From NCBI GenBank assembly GCA_013265495.1, contig MU058478.1:367899-387898 (forward strand): a stretch of 20,000 nt of DNA, in the 5' to 3' direction. The stretch is from Vicugna vicugna. Taxonomy: Eukaryota. The notes beneath the pieces are model-generated. The model did not search any database, was not told where the DNA came from, and saw only the letters and a list, made by a program, of their open reading frames with translations. A program made the translations under genes and the position numbers. Shown piece by piece: positions 1-10,279 of this stretch (its first letter is position 1; every line of letters begins with the position of its first letter).

Positions 1-40
1 AGGGATTAAATGGGACAATATTCATGAAACACTCGAGTGC
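1..40 (+). mobile_element. MIR SINE 3' fragment
   Basis: AGGGATTAAATGGGACAATATTCATGAAACACT resembles the MIR tail (GAGGATTAAATGAGATAATGCATGTAAAGCGCT); short and diverged. Confidence 0.5.
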
Positions 41-217
41 AAATTCCAGTATCTTGCTTCAATGGAAACACATTGACCCTTAATGGATTAATTCACACAC
101 ACATGCACATGTAATATAATTCTAGACAATATCTTAGTGAATTAAGGAGCAAGTTAAGCATTTGAGCCTCTTAAGCATTGAATAACGTCCTCAGTGACGT
201 CAAGGTGGACCCAGACT

Positions 218-305
218 TGTGATCCCATTTTTATAAACGAGGCAACTGTCGCCCTGCTCTAAGTCACTTTCTTTAGCCACTGGCTTAACATGCCAACTCT
301 GCAAA
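218..305 (-). mobile_element. MIR SINE core fragment
   Basis: ATCCCATTTTTATAAACGAGGCAACTG...AAGTCACTT...CATGCCAACT resembles the antisense MIR core (CCCATTTTACAGATGAGGAAACTGAGG...AAGTAACTTG). Confidence 0.5.
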
Positions 306-2120
306 GCAATCAGAAAGCAAATGAAACAAGTGCTTAATAATAAAACCAGTGGTGCCTGAGAGAATGGGGCTTGGCGGAAGGTGCATGAGTCTTGGGAAGT
401 GTATGGATGTTGGTAATACCCAGAATGTTCCTTTGGAACCACTTTCAGGGGTAATAATGACAAACCAGAAAGCACCCATCGTTCAGTACAGGAGGAAATT
501 GAGAGAGGAAAGTCCGATTTCATTCACAGTCTGTCTGAGAAAGTGAACACCTGTTAGTCCTTCAGTCCTGCATCCCAGCTACCCGGGTTCAAGTCATAGG
601 AAGACGTACATTGCCAGATACAGCATCCTTTCAGGACGAGTCAGCAGTGGGATTTGCAGCCGCAGGAGATGGCGATTGCCCTGTCACTGCAGAAATCCTG
701 GGGAAGTCCCCAGGGTCATTTGTTAGCCATGTCGGAGAGCAGTGTTCTTGGTTGGAATCAGCCGGATGTCCCCGCGGGTCCCCGCGAGTGATGGGGCTCT
801 GTGATTTTAAATCTTGTCAAGGTCGTGCGGTGATTAAAGACAGGTTATCCTGGGGAATTAGATAACTAGGAAAAAGAGGTCTGGAATAAAGCAAACGTGG
901 GGTTTGAAGCTTCCTCGGAGGGGAAGTTGTTCACAGATAAAAGGCAACAAGTGTCAGCAGAGATGAAGGGAGTCCAGTGGGTCCCCGGCACTGAAGTGGA
1001 TCAGGCCTGGAGGAAGGGACACGCTGGGGCGCGCTTCTGGACTTGTAATTAGGACTCTGCTCAACCCTGGAAAGAAATGCCAGAGGGCAGAATATGACTG
1101 GGAGCAGGATGAATCAGTAGATGACTGGCAGAGCTGGGTCTGTGGCATGTGTGTCCGGTGACAGATGTGCTGAACGCAGGAAACTTCTCATGTGGCCACC
1201 TCCACGCTCCTGCACCGCGTCAACTGAATGCTCCTCCTGTTTCATTGTATTTTCCTAAAATTCCAGCAACCACAGGCAGGCATATATATAGATTCTTTTG
1301 GAGACAAATGATGCACATGTGTGCTTAGTTTTCAAAGAATCTTCCACTGAAGCTTTCCATCTTGAAAGATTTTTTGCCCCTGAAACAGTTTGCACCACAG
1401 TTTCCAAAATCGTGATTTCATTTTTCATTCTTGTTTCTGTTTTTTTTTTTGTAGCAATTATGCAATAGTATAGAAAACAGATAAAAGACAGGCTTTCTTT
1501 CAGCAGAATGGGGGTCCTGGCCACACCCTGTTGGTTTTACCTTCAAACCACCAAAATGGTTTGAAACGCTCCCAAGGCATCACTGTGGAAACCCGGAGTT
1601 ATTTGACATAAAATTTTCAAACCATTTTTCTCTCCGAAGATGCCCACACAACATTACGAGTCAAATCTAGGAACTCAGTTCTCCTCCTGTAATGTGGATT
1701 TTTTCTAGCGGATCCTGAAGTCACAATATTGGGTTTCCCGGTTGAAGTCAGTTTGTAAACTGTCTGTGTCTGTCACAACTTTAGGGAGACAGTCCGAAAG
1801 ATAAAAACGGTTTTAGGTGTTAATAATTTTAAAAGTCTTCACATTTTGATACCAGTATCTTTTTTTTTTTAATTTTTGTCCCTCTCTACTGTCATTCTCA
1901 TCTTCTGTCCCTTTTAATGATACATAAAAACCAAATTATCCAGTTTAGGCCAATAAATATCATTGTGAAAAATTTGACAGGCTTTTCAATACTTAAAAGT
2001 TGACATTTGTTTGTTATCGTTGCTAATACTGATTGTGTTTTGCACAAAATGATGGTCTTTCGTGGAGACGGCATGCAGTTTAGCCAATGCATTGGCTTGT
2101 TCATGTCTTTTAGCTATATG

Positions 2121-2261
2121 TTTATTTATTTAGGTTTTTTTCCGGTTTTATTAAGACATAACTGGCATACAGCACCGCACAAGCTGAAGGTGTACGGCAT
2201 AATGATGTGACTTATATACAAAATGAAATGATGATCACAGTAAGGTTAGTGAACATCCATC
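2121..2261 (-). mobile_element. Old L1 3' end (L1MA9-like); target of the younger L1 insertion
   Basis: T-rich tail, then TTTTATTAAGACATAACTGGCATACAGCAC...AAGGTGTACGGCATAATGATGTGACTTATATA...TAAGGTTAGTGAACATCCATC. This is the reverse complement of an L1MA9-type 3' UTR and is similar to the + copy at 16901-17210. Confidence 0.75.
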
Positions 2262-3157
2262 TTGGTTTTTTTCTTAACATTTTTATTGATTCATAATCAT
2301 TTTACAATGTTGTGTCAAATTCCAGTGTAGAGAACAATTTTTCAGGTATACATGAACATATATATATTCATTGTCACATTTTTTTCTCTGTGAGCTACAA
2401 GATCTTGTATATATTTCCCTGTGCTACACAGTATAATCTTGTTCATCTATTCTACAATTTTGAAATCCCAGTCTATCTCTTCCTTCCCCTGTCCCCTTGG
2501 CAACCACAAGTTTGTATTCTACGTCTATGAGTCTGTTTCTGTTTTGTATTTATGCTTTGTTTGTTTTTTGTTTTGTTTTGGTTTGTTTTTAGATTCCACA
2601 TATGAGCGATCTCATATGGTATTTTTCTTTCTCTTTCTGGCTTACTTCACTTAGAATGACATACAAGTGATCGATAGGCACATGAAAAAACACTCAATAT
2701 CACTAATTATCAGAGAAATACAAATCAAAACTACAATGAGGTATCACCTCACACCAGCCAGAATGGCCATCATTCAAAAATCCACAAACGGCAAATGCTG
2801 GAGAGGATGTGGAGAAAAGGGAGCCCTCCTACACTGCTGGTGGGAATGCAGTTTGGTGCAGCCACTGTGGAAAACAGGATGGAGATTCCTCAAAAAACTA
2901 GGAATAGACTTACCATATGACACAGGAATCACGCTCCTCAGCTTATATCCAGAAGGAACCCCACTCCAAAAAGACACATGCACCCCAATGTTCATAGCAG
3001 CACTGTTTACAACAGCCAAGACATGGAGACAGCCTAAATGTCCATCCACAGATGACTGGATAAAGAAGAGGTGGTATATTTATACAACGGAATACTACTC
3101 AGCCATAAAAACTGACAGTATAACACCAATTGCAGCAACATGGATGCTCCTGGAGAA
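2262..3157 (-). mobile_element. Young 5'-truncated LINE-1 with 5' inversion (twin priming), camelid L1-like
   Basis: 2262-2662 is the poly(T) tail, antisense 3' UTR and last ORF2 codons (minus strand reads [23 protein letters not shown]). 2658-3157 is the preceding ORF2 segment on +. TSD core GAACATCCATC at 2251-2261 and 3155-3165. Confidence 0.93.
2667..3157 (+). pseudogene. LINE-1 ORF2p C-terminal fragment (CCHC zinc-knuckle region), not a host gene
   Basis: Translation [32 protein letters not shown]...[19 protein letters not shown]...[45 protein letters not shown]...ATWMLLE is classic L1 ORF2, with CX3CX7HX4C intact. The last residues of the ORF track come from the TSD/flank. Confidence 0.95.
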
Positions 3158-3659
3158 CATCCATCATTTTTAATCAACAGCCTGGAAAAAGAAAATTCTT
3201 CTGGAAATAAAATGTAAAATGTTGTCATAAACTTGAGATTTTTTATCATAATATACACACATATACACACATTTATATATGTATTTGAGATTTTTCAAAA
3301 TTTAAAATAAATATTAAAGCATGGTATTGTTATTCTACATCATTCTTAAGTGTCTCAATAAGTTTCTGTGAATTTTCTATTTTTTCACAAGCTCAAATAT
3401 TTCATATTTTTCAGAAAACTAGTTCCTAAATATGAGGATACATTTATCTCATTATATTTGGGAGGGGGGAAGAGAGAGAGAGAGAAAATGTTCTTACCAG
3501 TTAAAATCTCCACAGACTCCCTTCAGGATCAACTAATTTTGATGTATTAGTCCAGAAAAATCAATGCGCGTGGAGAAAATATTATGAGCTATTTCATTAG
3601 ACATTTATAAGCATTTACCTTTCAGTTAAGTACTAAAAGATTAATCTCTTGCCCTTAGG

Positions 3660-3760
3660 ATGTTTTACATTTTATTGCCAAGATAAATAACTTGGCCAAA
3701 TTTACACAGCTGCTAAGTGTCAGAGCTAATGATAAAACACGGGATTCTAAATCCACTTTA
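3660..3760 (-). mobile_element. MIR SINE fragment
   Basis: TAAATAACTTGGCCAAATTTACACAGCTGCTAAGTGTCAGAGCT matches MIR antisense AAGTAACTTGCCCAAGGTCACACAGCTAGTAAGTGGCAGAGC. Confidence 0.65.
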
Positions 3761-4334
3761 TTACATTTCTGGATGCATCTGACTAGGATCCAGGACACAC
3801 ATAAAATTTTAAATAATTTTCCACCCAGCATCCAGAGTAACTGAGTATAATGTCAAGGATAGAATTTAAAAACAAACGAACAAAAAAGATACCATCGGTG
3901 TTTTCATTATTACCACACCACACACATATACATGGTAGGAGCAGCTGGGCTGATACAGTTTTCCTCGTAAACAGTCAATGAAATATGTTCTCATCCTCTG
4001 CCATCACGTTAACCTGGCCTCTGGCTCCTCTATGGATGTCTTATGGTCATTGTACAATCACTCTGTTTTCATTCCTATCAGAAGACATTATCCCGATTAA
4101 CAGCATCATTTTTTGTCTTCACATGCATAACTATTTGAAATTCACCTAAAATTTCCAAGCAGAATGTCTTGTAAGGATGGCGGTTTGCAGTTTACAGTCA
4201 TCCTTGTTAGTAATAAAATAAGTCCAAAAACAGTCAGACATGTTTAGCACACAAATAATATAAAAGTATAGGTTGTTAAAGAAGAAACTTTATGAATAAT
4301 ATAGAGTTGATCGAAGCAATGTTTCATCCAATTA

Positions 4335-4790
4335 AGTTGCACAGTGTGTTATGAGCTGAGCTCCTATTATGTCTTGGGTTTTGGGAAAAGATCCTGACAC
4401 AGAGCTTATCTCCTAAAACATCTAGATGGTGACACAGAAAAACAAGAAGTAAACAAATACAAAAAAAAAAAGCAAATGAAAATTTTGGTAAGTGCTAAGG
4501 AAGAACGAAAGAATAGCAGTAGTTTAGGAGGTAATTATTCTGTGGGAAAGAGAGGTGATTTAAGTAACGAGGGGGCTGTGACATTAACGCTTGGGAGGGT
4601 GATGTTACAAGTGAAGGAAAGGTGTCATCCATGCGAAGGGGACTCCAGGCAAGTCTCTGCTGAAGCCCTGAGACCTGGCAGTCTGAACGGGTAAGAGAGG
4701 GTAGATTTTAGATGTTATCAGGGTAAGAAATGTGGTTTTTGAAAGTGTTAGGTAGATAAATGGGGCAGACAGGTGGAGGAGAGGGAGGAG
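4335..4790 (-). mobile_element. L2 LINE 3' region, diverged
   Basis: Purine-rich stretch with L2-typical antisense motifs (GAGCTCCTATTATGT, AAGTAAACAAATA, GGTAAGTGCTAAGGAAGAA, GAAGCCCTGAG, GTAGATTTTAGATGTTAT); boundaries approximate. Confidence 0.6.
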
Positions 4791-4804
4791 GGTCCAGAAG
4801 ATGG

Positions 4805-5273
4805 TGTGACGCCCGCCTCCAGCATGAAGGGGCCTCGCTTCCTCTGAATGATGCCAGCGAGACACCGGTTAGAACCTGATGGTCACAACTGCTCGGTAGC
4901 ATCAAGGACCTAACCGGACAGGACCCAGTGCTCATTGTAATACAATTAGCATGCGGTTTAGCCGCTCACCATGGGTTTTTCTGCGTGCATCATGGGCAAG
5001 GACATGCACAAAAGGGGAGGAGCATGACTAAGCACCCAGGGACAAGAGCTGTCAATCAGTTAAGAGACCACTTCTAAGCAACGGTGAAAGACGGTAGGGG
5101 GGGGGGCAAAGACCACTGCTGTCCATCCTTGGATCAGCCCGCCTCCCGTGCTTGGAGGTGAGCTATCCCTTTGGTAATAAAACCTCTCAAATCTTTCACG
5201 ACCCACCTGAATTCTTACCTTCCAGGTAACACAAGACCTGGGATCCTTTCCCTTTCCCCTTTTGGGGGTAACA
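4805..5273 (+). mobile_element. Solo LTR, ERV1-like
   Basis: Begins TGTGAC and ends GTAACA (imperfect inverted termini); AATAAA at 5176-5181 about 90 bp before the end. Flanks ATGG/ACAG are compatible with a CpG-decayed ACGG 4-bp TSD. The 5' boundary is less certain (alternative TGTAAT at 4936). Confidence 0.7.
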
Positions 5274-5379
5274 ACAGAAAGATGGGTTTTAATAGAAATG
5301 CAAGGAGAAACACTGGGATGGTACCAAGCAGGGATTAAAGATATGAGTTCCGATGGTCCTCTGCCGTCCGGAGAATGAC
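5219..5379 (-). other. Candidate internal exon C (161 nt) of an unidentified minus-strand transcript
   Basis: Acceptor TTTTCGTTTTTCCGTCTTCCAG|G and donor AAG|GTAAGA, both near consensus; no transcript evidence available. Confidence 0.4.
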
Positions 5380-6007
5380 CTGGAAGACGGAAAAACGAAA
5401 ACACGGAGCTCAGTCTGGGCGTTACCTCAGGAGTCCAGGTGAGAAATGAACACAGTCCGGATGAATTTGGCCAAAATGCTGCTATGCAAACGGAGATGAG
5501 CTTGGGATGTGGCTGTTGGTAAAATGATCAGTAAACTGGGCAGAAGGAAAAAGAGACAGCGTTCTCCATCCAGCTACTGCTTTGGTACCTTTGGTAAATA
5601 GTGGCACCAAGTACTGAGATGGGTGACAGAATGATTCAGCAGGGCATCCGGTAAAAATAAATTTAGGGAAACACGAGATACAGAGAAGCTGAGAGGAGCC
5701 ACAAACCCAGGCAAATTTGGTTCTTATGCAGTGTGTGAGCCTCGGGAAGGAAGGGGGACAAGGACCAGAGCAGTGATGCTCAGACAAGTGACATTCTGTC
5801 TGCTGCTCCATTTCCATTTTATTTTTCATTTGATTTTAAGTGATGGATGGGCAGGGTGGACTTTGCCCCAGCAGCCTTCAGCCATAGGATTTTTCTCTCA
5901 CTTTGTGACTTCACAGAAACAGCCAGGGACAGACTCAATGGAACGTTCTCCTGGCAAATCATTTTTGGCTGACGGAGTGAATCTTTAAGTCAGGCACAGA
6001 GTCTTAC

Positions 6008-6073
6008 CAACAAGGAGGTTGTCTAAGGATGTCCGATCAGCCGGTGTCTCACTGCCAATGTCCACGAATGCCA
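6008..6073 (-). other. Candidate internal exon B (66 nt)
   Basis: Acceptor GTTTGTCATCTTCTCAG|T, donor TTG|GTAAGA; only the phase-1 frame is open (AFVDIGSETPADRTSLDNLLV). Confidence 0.4.
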
Positions 6074-6589
6074 CTGAGAAGATGACAAACTCAGCTTTGC
6101 ATCCCTCGCTGTCCTTGGAACAAGGAGGGTAAATGACGTCCATCATTCGTGAAAACTCATTTATTTCATGGTGCTTTCAAAAACAGACTCCTTTCTCTCC
6201 CTGACAGTTTCTGCTGATTACAACATAGTTTTGTTTTGTTTTTGGTTTTTCTTTTTTTTTTTTTTGGAGTCCTGGTCTTCCTTCAAAAATTTACCAAGCC
6301 CCTGACACAGGGTTCTTTTCCTTCAGAATCTTTTCCTGGAAAACGTTAAGCTCTAGATGGGATGAGTTTAAAATAGAATTGTATTTTTTTTTCCCCAGAG
6401 CTCTTTCTTTCCAAAATGTATTGCACTATTTGTGATAAGAGCAATACAGTTGTTATATTTTTGCCTTAAGGACATCACAGCTAGATAAATATTTCCAAAT
6501 AGAAGTCAGAGATGGATAAGACAAATATATATATATAGATATCTATTATTATGGGATATTATATTAGCTCAATAATTAGAAATTATTTA

Positions 6590-6830
6590 ACTTACCAACA
6601 AGGAGTAGATATTGTATATAAAGTATGATCTCAATTTTATAAGAAAATAAATCTATGGACATATATGAATAGAAAAAAATAGACCATTTGAAAGTGCATC
6701 ACAATGCTGATGGTTTGAGGTTATAAGGACTTTATACAATTTTTTTTCTTTTCAATATTTGCCACCCGCCCAAATTTCACTGTAGAGCACGCACTGTTTA
6801 ACATGAAGATGTATAAATGCTCTAAAAATG
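6590..6830 (+). mobile_element. Ancient L1 (L1ME/L1MC-like) 3' fragment
   Basis: AGTATGATCTCAATTTTATAAGAAAA...GAGGTTATAAGGACTTTAT...TTTTCTTTTCAATATTT...AAATTTCACTGTAGAGCACGCACTG resembles old L1M 3' UTRs; heavily diverged. Confidence 0.45.
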
Positions 6831-6953
6831 GAGTAATTTGCACTTAGAATACAGATGCATTAAAAAAAAAAAAGAAATAGCAGAGTGGCTTGGAATCAAG
6901 GCGGCATGGTTCTGAAGAATCGCATAGTCCGGGCTGACTTGGGAACCTGTCAC

Positions 6954-7079
6954 CAGTCCAGGGGAATTGGAGACACGGAGAAGCCAGACTCTGCCAAAAA
7001 AAAGTGGTAGGATTTTCTGGACTCCTCATCATGAAGCTGGTGACGAAGCCACACGTGTCCAGTTGGACGAAGAGTTCGG
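6954..7079 (-). other. Candidate internal exon A (126 nt)
   Basis: Acceptor CTTTTCCGTTTTAACAG|C is strong, donor CTG|GTGACA is weaker; length divisible by 3 and two frames open. Confidence 0.33.
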
Positions 7080-7236
7080 CTGTTAAAACGGAAAAGCCAT
7101 CTCTGTGCCTGCGTGCATCCTCCAATCCCCAATTTTTATCAGTATTTAGGTTCCATGTCTGCAGCCTCAGCTATATCATGTTTTCCAGCCCTTGAAACCC
7201 ACTGTCTTCGCCTCCAGGACCCATTGTCAGTCTCAC

Positions 7237-7469
7237 CTTACGCTGATCACATTTCTTCCTATATTTCCTTTTCCTTCATTTGCATTTAAATTAACACAAC
7301 ATAACATGACACGTAAATTGCAACTCATCTTGTGAAGACGAGCACATGCACTCCTTAAAATTCTTATGGATTGAATTTTTGCGTATGATACACGAAGACC
7401 CTGAATGTTTTCATGTGCAATGAATATTTGCTCTGACTGTGCCTGGATGTTGATGACATTGGGGGACAT
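7237..7469 (-). other. Candidate upstream exon ending at a strong donor; 5' limit unknown (ATG at 7469 used)
   Basis: Donor AAG|GTGAGA at 7237/7236 lies 157 nt upstream of the exon A acceptor, and the 78-aa ORF 7469-7233 runs into it. Confidence 0.25.
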
Positions 7470-7685
7470 ATTTTAGTTTCAGCCAAAGTGGCGTGGAGAT
7501 GGAGGTGTTGTTCCCTCGCTTAAACTCGTGGAGAAGTGCTCTTCCTCCCTCCGGTTGGCTGTCTTCCATCCTTCACAGCCCTTATAAAGGGGGGGATCTG
7601 GGAATCAGCACTTACAGAGATGCTCTTATATTGTTTTGGATAATTATTATAGCTCCGAGGAATTTTCAGACACTTGAATTCTTTT

Positions 7686-8104
7686 CTGTTGATTTTAATT
7701 TATTGCATTATAGTCAGTTTACAATGTTGCATCAATTTCCAGTGTAGAGCACAATTTTTCAGTTATACACGAAAATACATATATTCATTGTCGCGTTCTT
7801 TTTCACCGTGAGCTACCACAAGATCTTGTATGTATTTCCCTGTGCTGTACAGGATAATCTTGTTTCTCTATTCTATATACACCTGTCAGTATCTGCACAT
7901 CTCGAACTCCCAGTTTGTCCCTTCCCACCCTCTGCCCCCTTGGCAACCACAAGTTTGTATTCTGTGTCTTTGAGTCTATTTCTGTTTTGTATTTATGTTC
8001 ACTTGTCTTTTTCTTTTCTTCTTTCTTTTTTTCTTTTTAGATTCCACATAGGAGCGATCTCATATGGCATTTTTCTTTCTCTTTCTGGACGTAAGCCAGA
8101 AAGA
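7686..8104 (-). mobile_element. Young 5'-truncated LINE-1 3' end with 14-nt 5' micro-inversion
   Basis: Clearly homologous to 2270-2660 (e.g. CCCCTTGGCAACCACAAGTTTGTATTCT, TTTTAGATTCCACATA). TSD AGACACTTGAATTCTTTT at 7668-7685 versus AGATACTCGAATTCTTTT at 8102-8119 (16/18). Confidence 0.92.
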
Positions 8105-9699
8105 TACTCGAATTCTTTTATAAATGCATTGCATTTTAAAACACCACCCGTTCAACCAAGACTCTGCCTACCCGAAATGTTGCTACCAACAAGATTCCAC
8201 CGGTCTGCAAGGACTACTCAGACGCTTCCCCAAAGCCAAAAATTAATCTTGTATTTTTTTTTTCCTCTAAGGACTTTCTGAAGACAGTGCAGGTGGTTGA
8301 GAATAAGTGAACTGAACAAGAAGTAGGTGCAGATTATCAGGAAAGGCAGGCATGCATAATTCTGGATTAACTACAGACGTGTGTGTGACACCCACAGTAA
8401 TTTCCATTTCTAGGTCAATAAAGAGCCTGACCAGTCCTTTCTCTGGAAACGACTAAATCCAATAAAGGTTTCTTTTGACGTCTGAGTTGCACAAGGCTCT
8501 TCCATGGTACCTCACATTTTGGACAGAAGTTCATCTCTCATTGGCTGTTTATTTTTGCATTTTAATGTGGGAGAAAATGACCTATTTTTGTCTGCAATTT
8601 CCCAGTGTCAGAGTATAATCACGCATCCTGGTGCCGGAGTGATTTACTGCCCCTGGAAGTCCTGTAAGAGGAGCCCCTTCTCATGGAACAAGAGGTCACA
8701 GTTGTAATCTTTCTGCCTTAGTTTGAACTGAGTGTCTAAGCCAATCCACACAAATCGCTCCTACAGAGCAAACTGAGGCAGGAGATCCCCACGCAGGACT
8801 CCGAGCAAAAGGGATCAAGCCTGGCTTTGCGACTCTTAGACCCTCACGCACATCAGGGAACCGGAACCTGGAGGGAATTACAAGGGAATTATTCCAAAAG
8901 CAGTGAGTGGGTCCCCCAGTTCATAATATAGGGCAGGACTGGGGGCAATTGTCCCTCATGTCGAGCCTCGAGAAAGTTTCCTAAATGGAACCAGAGATTG
9001 ATAACTGTCCCCTGGGCTTGAAAATCTCAGATTTGGCGTCTGCTTTACACCTGAGAAATCCCAAAAGCGTGATGCGCTGGCCCAGTTGAGAAACTGCAAG
9101 ATGCCAATGGCCCGATTACCCCATCTGAGCACCTCCTCGCCTCCCCCACAGTCCAGGCTTTTTCATCGTCTTGCCCTTAAGTTGTTCCTTGCACTCATGT
9201 CTAGCTGACGCCTTCAGATTTGTTAGTTATTGTCTTTTGTTTCACTCCCTCCCATTAGATAAAAGCTTGCCTGCCTTGTTCACTGGTCCAGCCCCGCATC
9301 CAAGCAAGAAACTGACTCCTCAGACTGAGTTCCAAGAAATCATGGCTAGCGGAGCATCTGATTGTTCACCAGACTGTCAGATGGAAACGTTTCAGAGCCG
9401 TTCCTGGGTCTCGGTGAGGCCTCGGCAGCTCAGTCTGAGGACAACGCTGCCACTAACGTGACTGTCGATTTTTTACCCTAATGAGGGCGAGAATACAAGC
9501 CAGCTGACTGATGGCTGTTCGTACAGGATGTTCTGAGAAGACTGAGAAAGGCAAAAGCAGCAGACATGGGAACACTGCCTCTGCCATTTGACGGATGCAT
9601 TTAAAAAGTGACATGCAGTCGAGAAATCTGACACCCTATCTCTGGGCTGGCCTCATAAGGCTTAGCGGGTACCCATCTCCTGGGCTTGCCATTCAGAAT

Positions 9700-9790
9700 T
9701 TAATTAACCTTCACCGCAAAGCTAGGAGGTCGTTGCTCCTTTTGGACCCATTTTTCAGAAGATAAACTAAGGCAGAGAATTAGGATTAAG
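9700..9790 (-). mobile_element. MIR SINE core fragment
   Basis: CCCATTTTTCAGAAGATAAACTAAGGCAGAGAATTAGGATTAAG resembles the MIR core. Confidence 0.55.
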
Positions 9791-10232
9791 AAAAACATTC
9801 CTATTATTTTTAATTGGGGGGAAAAAAAACCCAAAAATCTGTAGCAAGTGTGTTAAGTACCTTGTTCTCTTTTAGAACTGCAGATTTTTCTTTTCCAAAA
9901 AGTCCATGCTTTAGAATGTACCCTATTTAATAAAAATAAAATATGGCTAAAAACTCTGCAACAGATTGAAGTCAATTTGAAATAAGGAAACATTCAAAGG
10001 CAGAAATTAGAAAGAGTGTGGAAAGGGGGACTAAAGGTGGCCTGGAAACCTGGGTCTCGTCTGAGATACAGGGTTTGGTCACAAGGTATGGATCTCAATT
10101 TCCAAATTACAAGGAGGTATAATGTCACATATTTGGAGAATTACACCAAATCATCTGCCCCCAGGTGATTTCTCCTGACATAGGATTGGAGGCATAATTT
10201 TGTTTTACATTGTTCTTACGTAAAACGCATTG

Positions 10233-10279
10233 TCACACTCTAAAATTAATAAAATAGCATCACATTCTAAAATTAATAA
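10233..10279. repeat. Short tandem duplication, 27-bp period
   Basis: TCACACTCTAAAATTAATAA at 10233 and TCACATTCTAAAATTAATAA at 10260 (19/20 identical). Confidence 0.85.

Noticed and set aside
195..202. Perfect CRE palindrome TGACGTCA
   Set aside because: Isolated 8-mer without supporting context.
200..523. 107-aa minus-strand ORF with a hydrophobic stretch
   Set aside because: No recognisable family, and the C-terminal part overlaps a MIR-like fragment.
600..1220. Mild CpG enrichment as a CpG island
   Set aside because: By eye the CpG density and GC content look too low for an island; not computed.
2667..3173. 168-aa ORF as a host protein-coding gene
   Set aside because: It is L1 ORF2 C-terminus; it starts at GTG just after an inversion junction and ends in target-site sequence.
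7808..8281. 157-aa ORF, also the ORFs at 2312-2654
   Set aside because: Antisense reading of the L1 3' UTR running into flank; low-complexity F/S/L composition.
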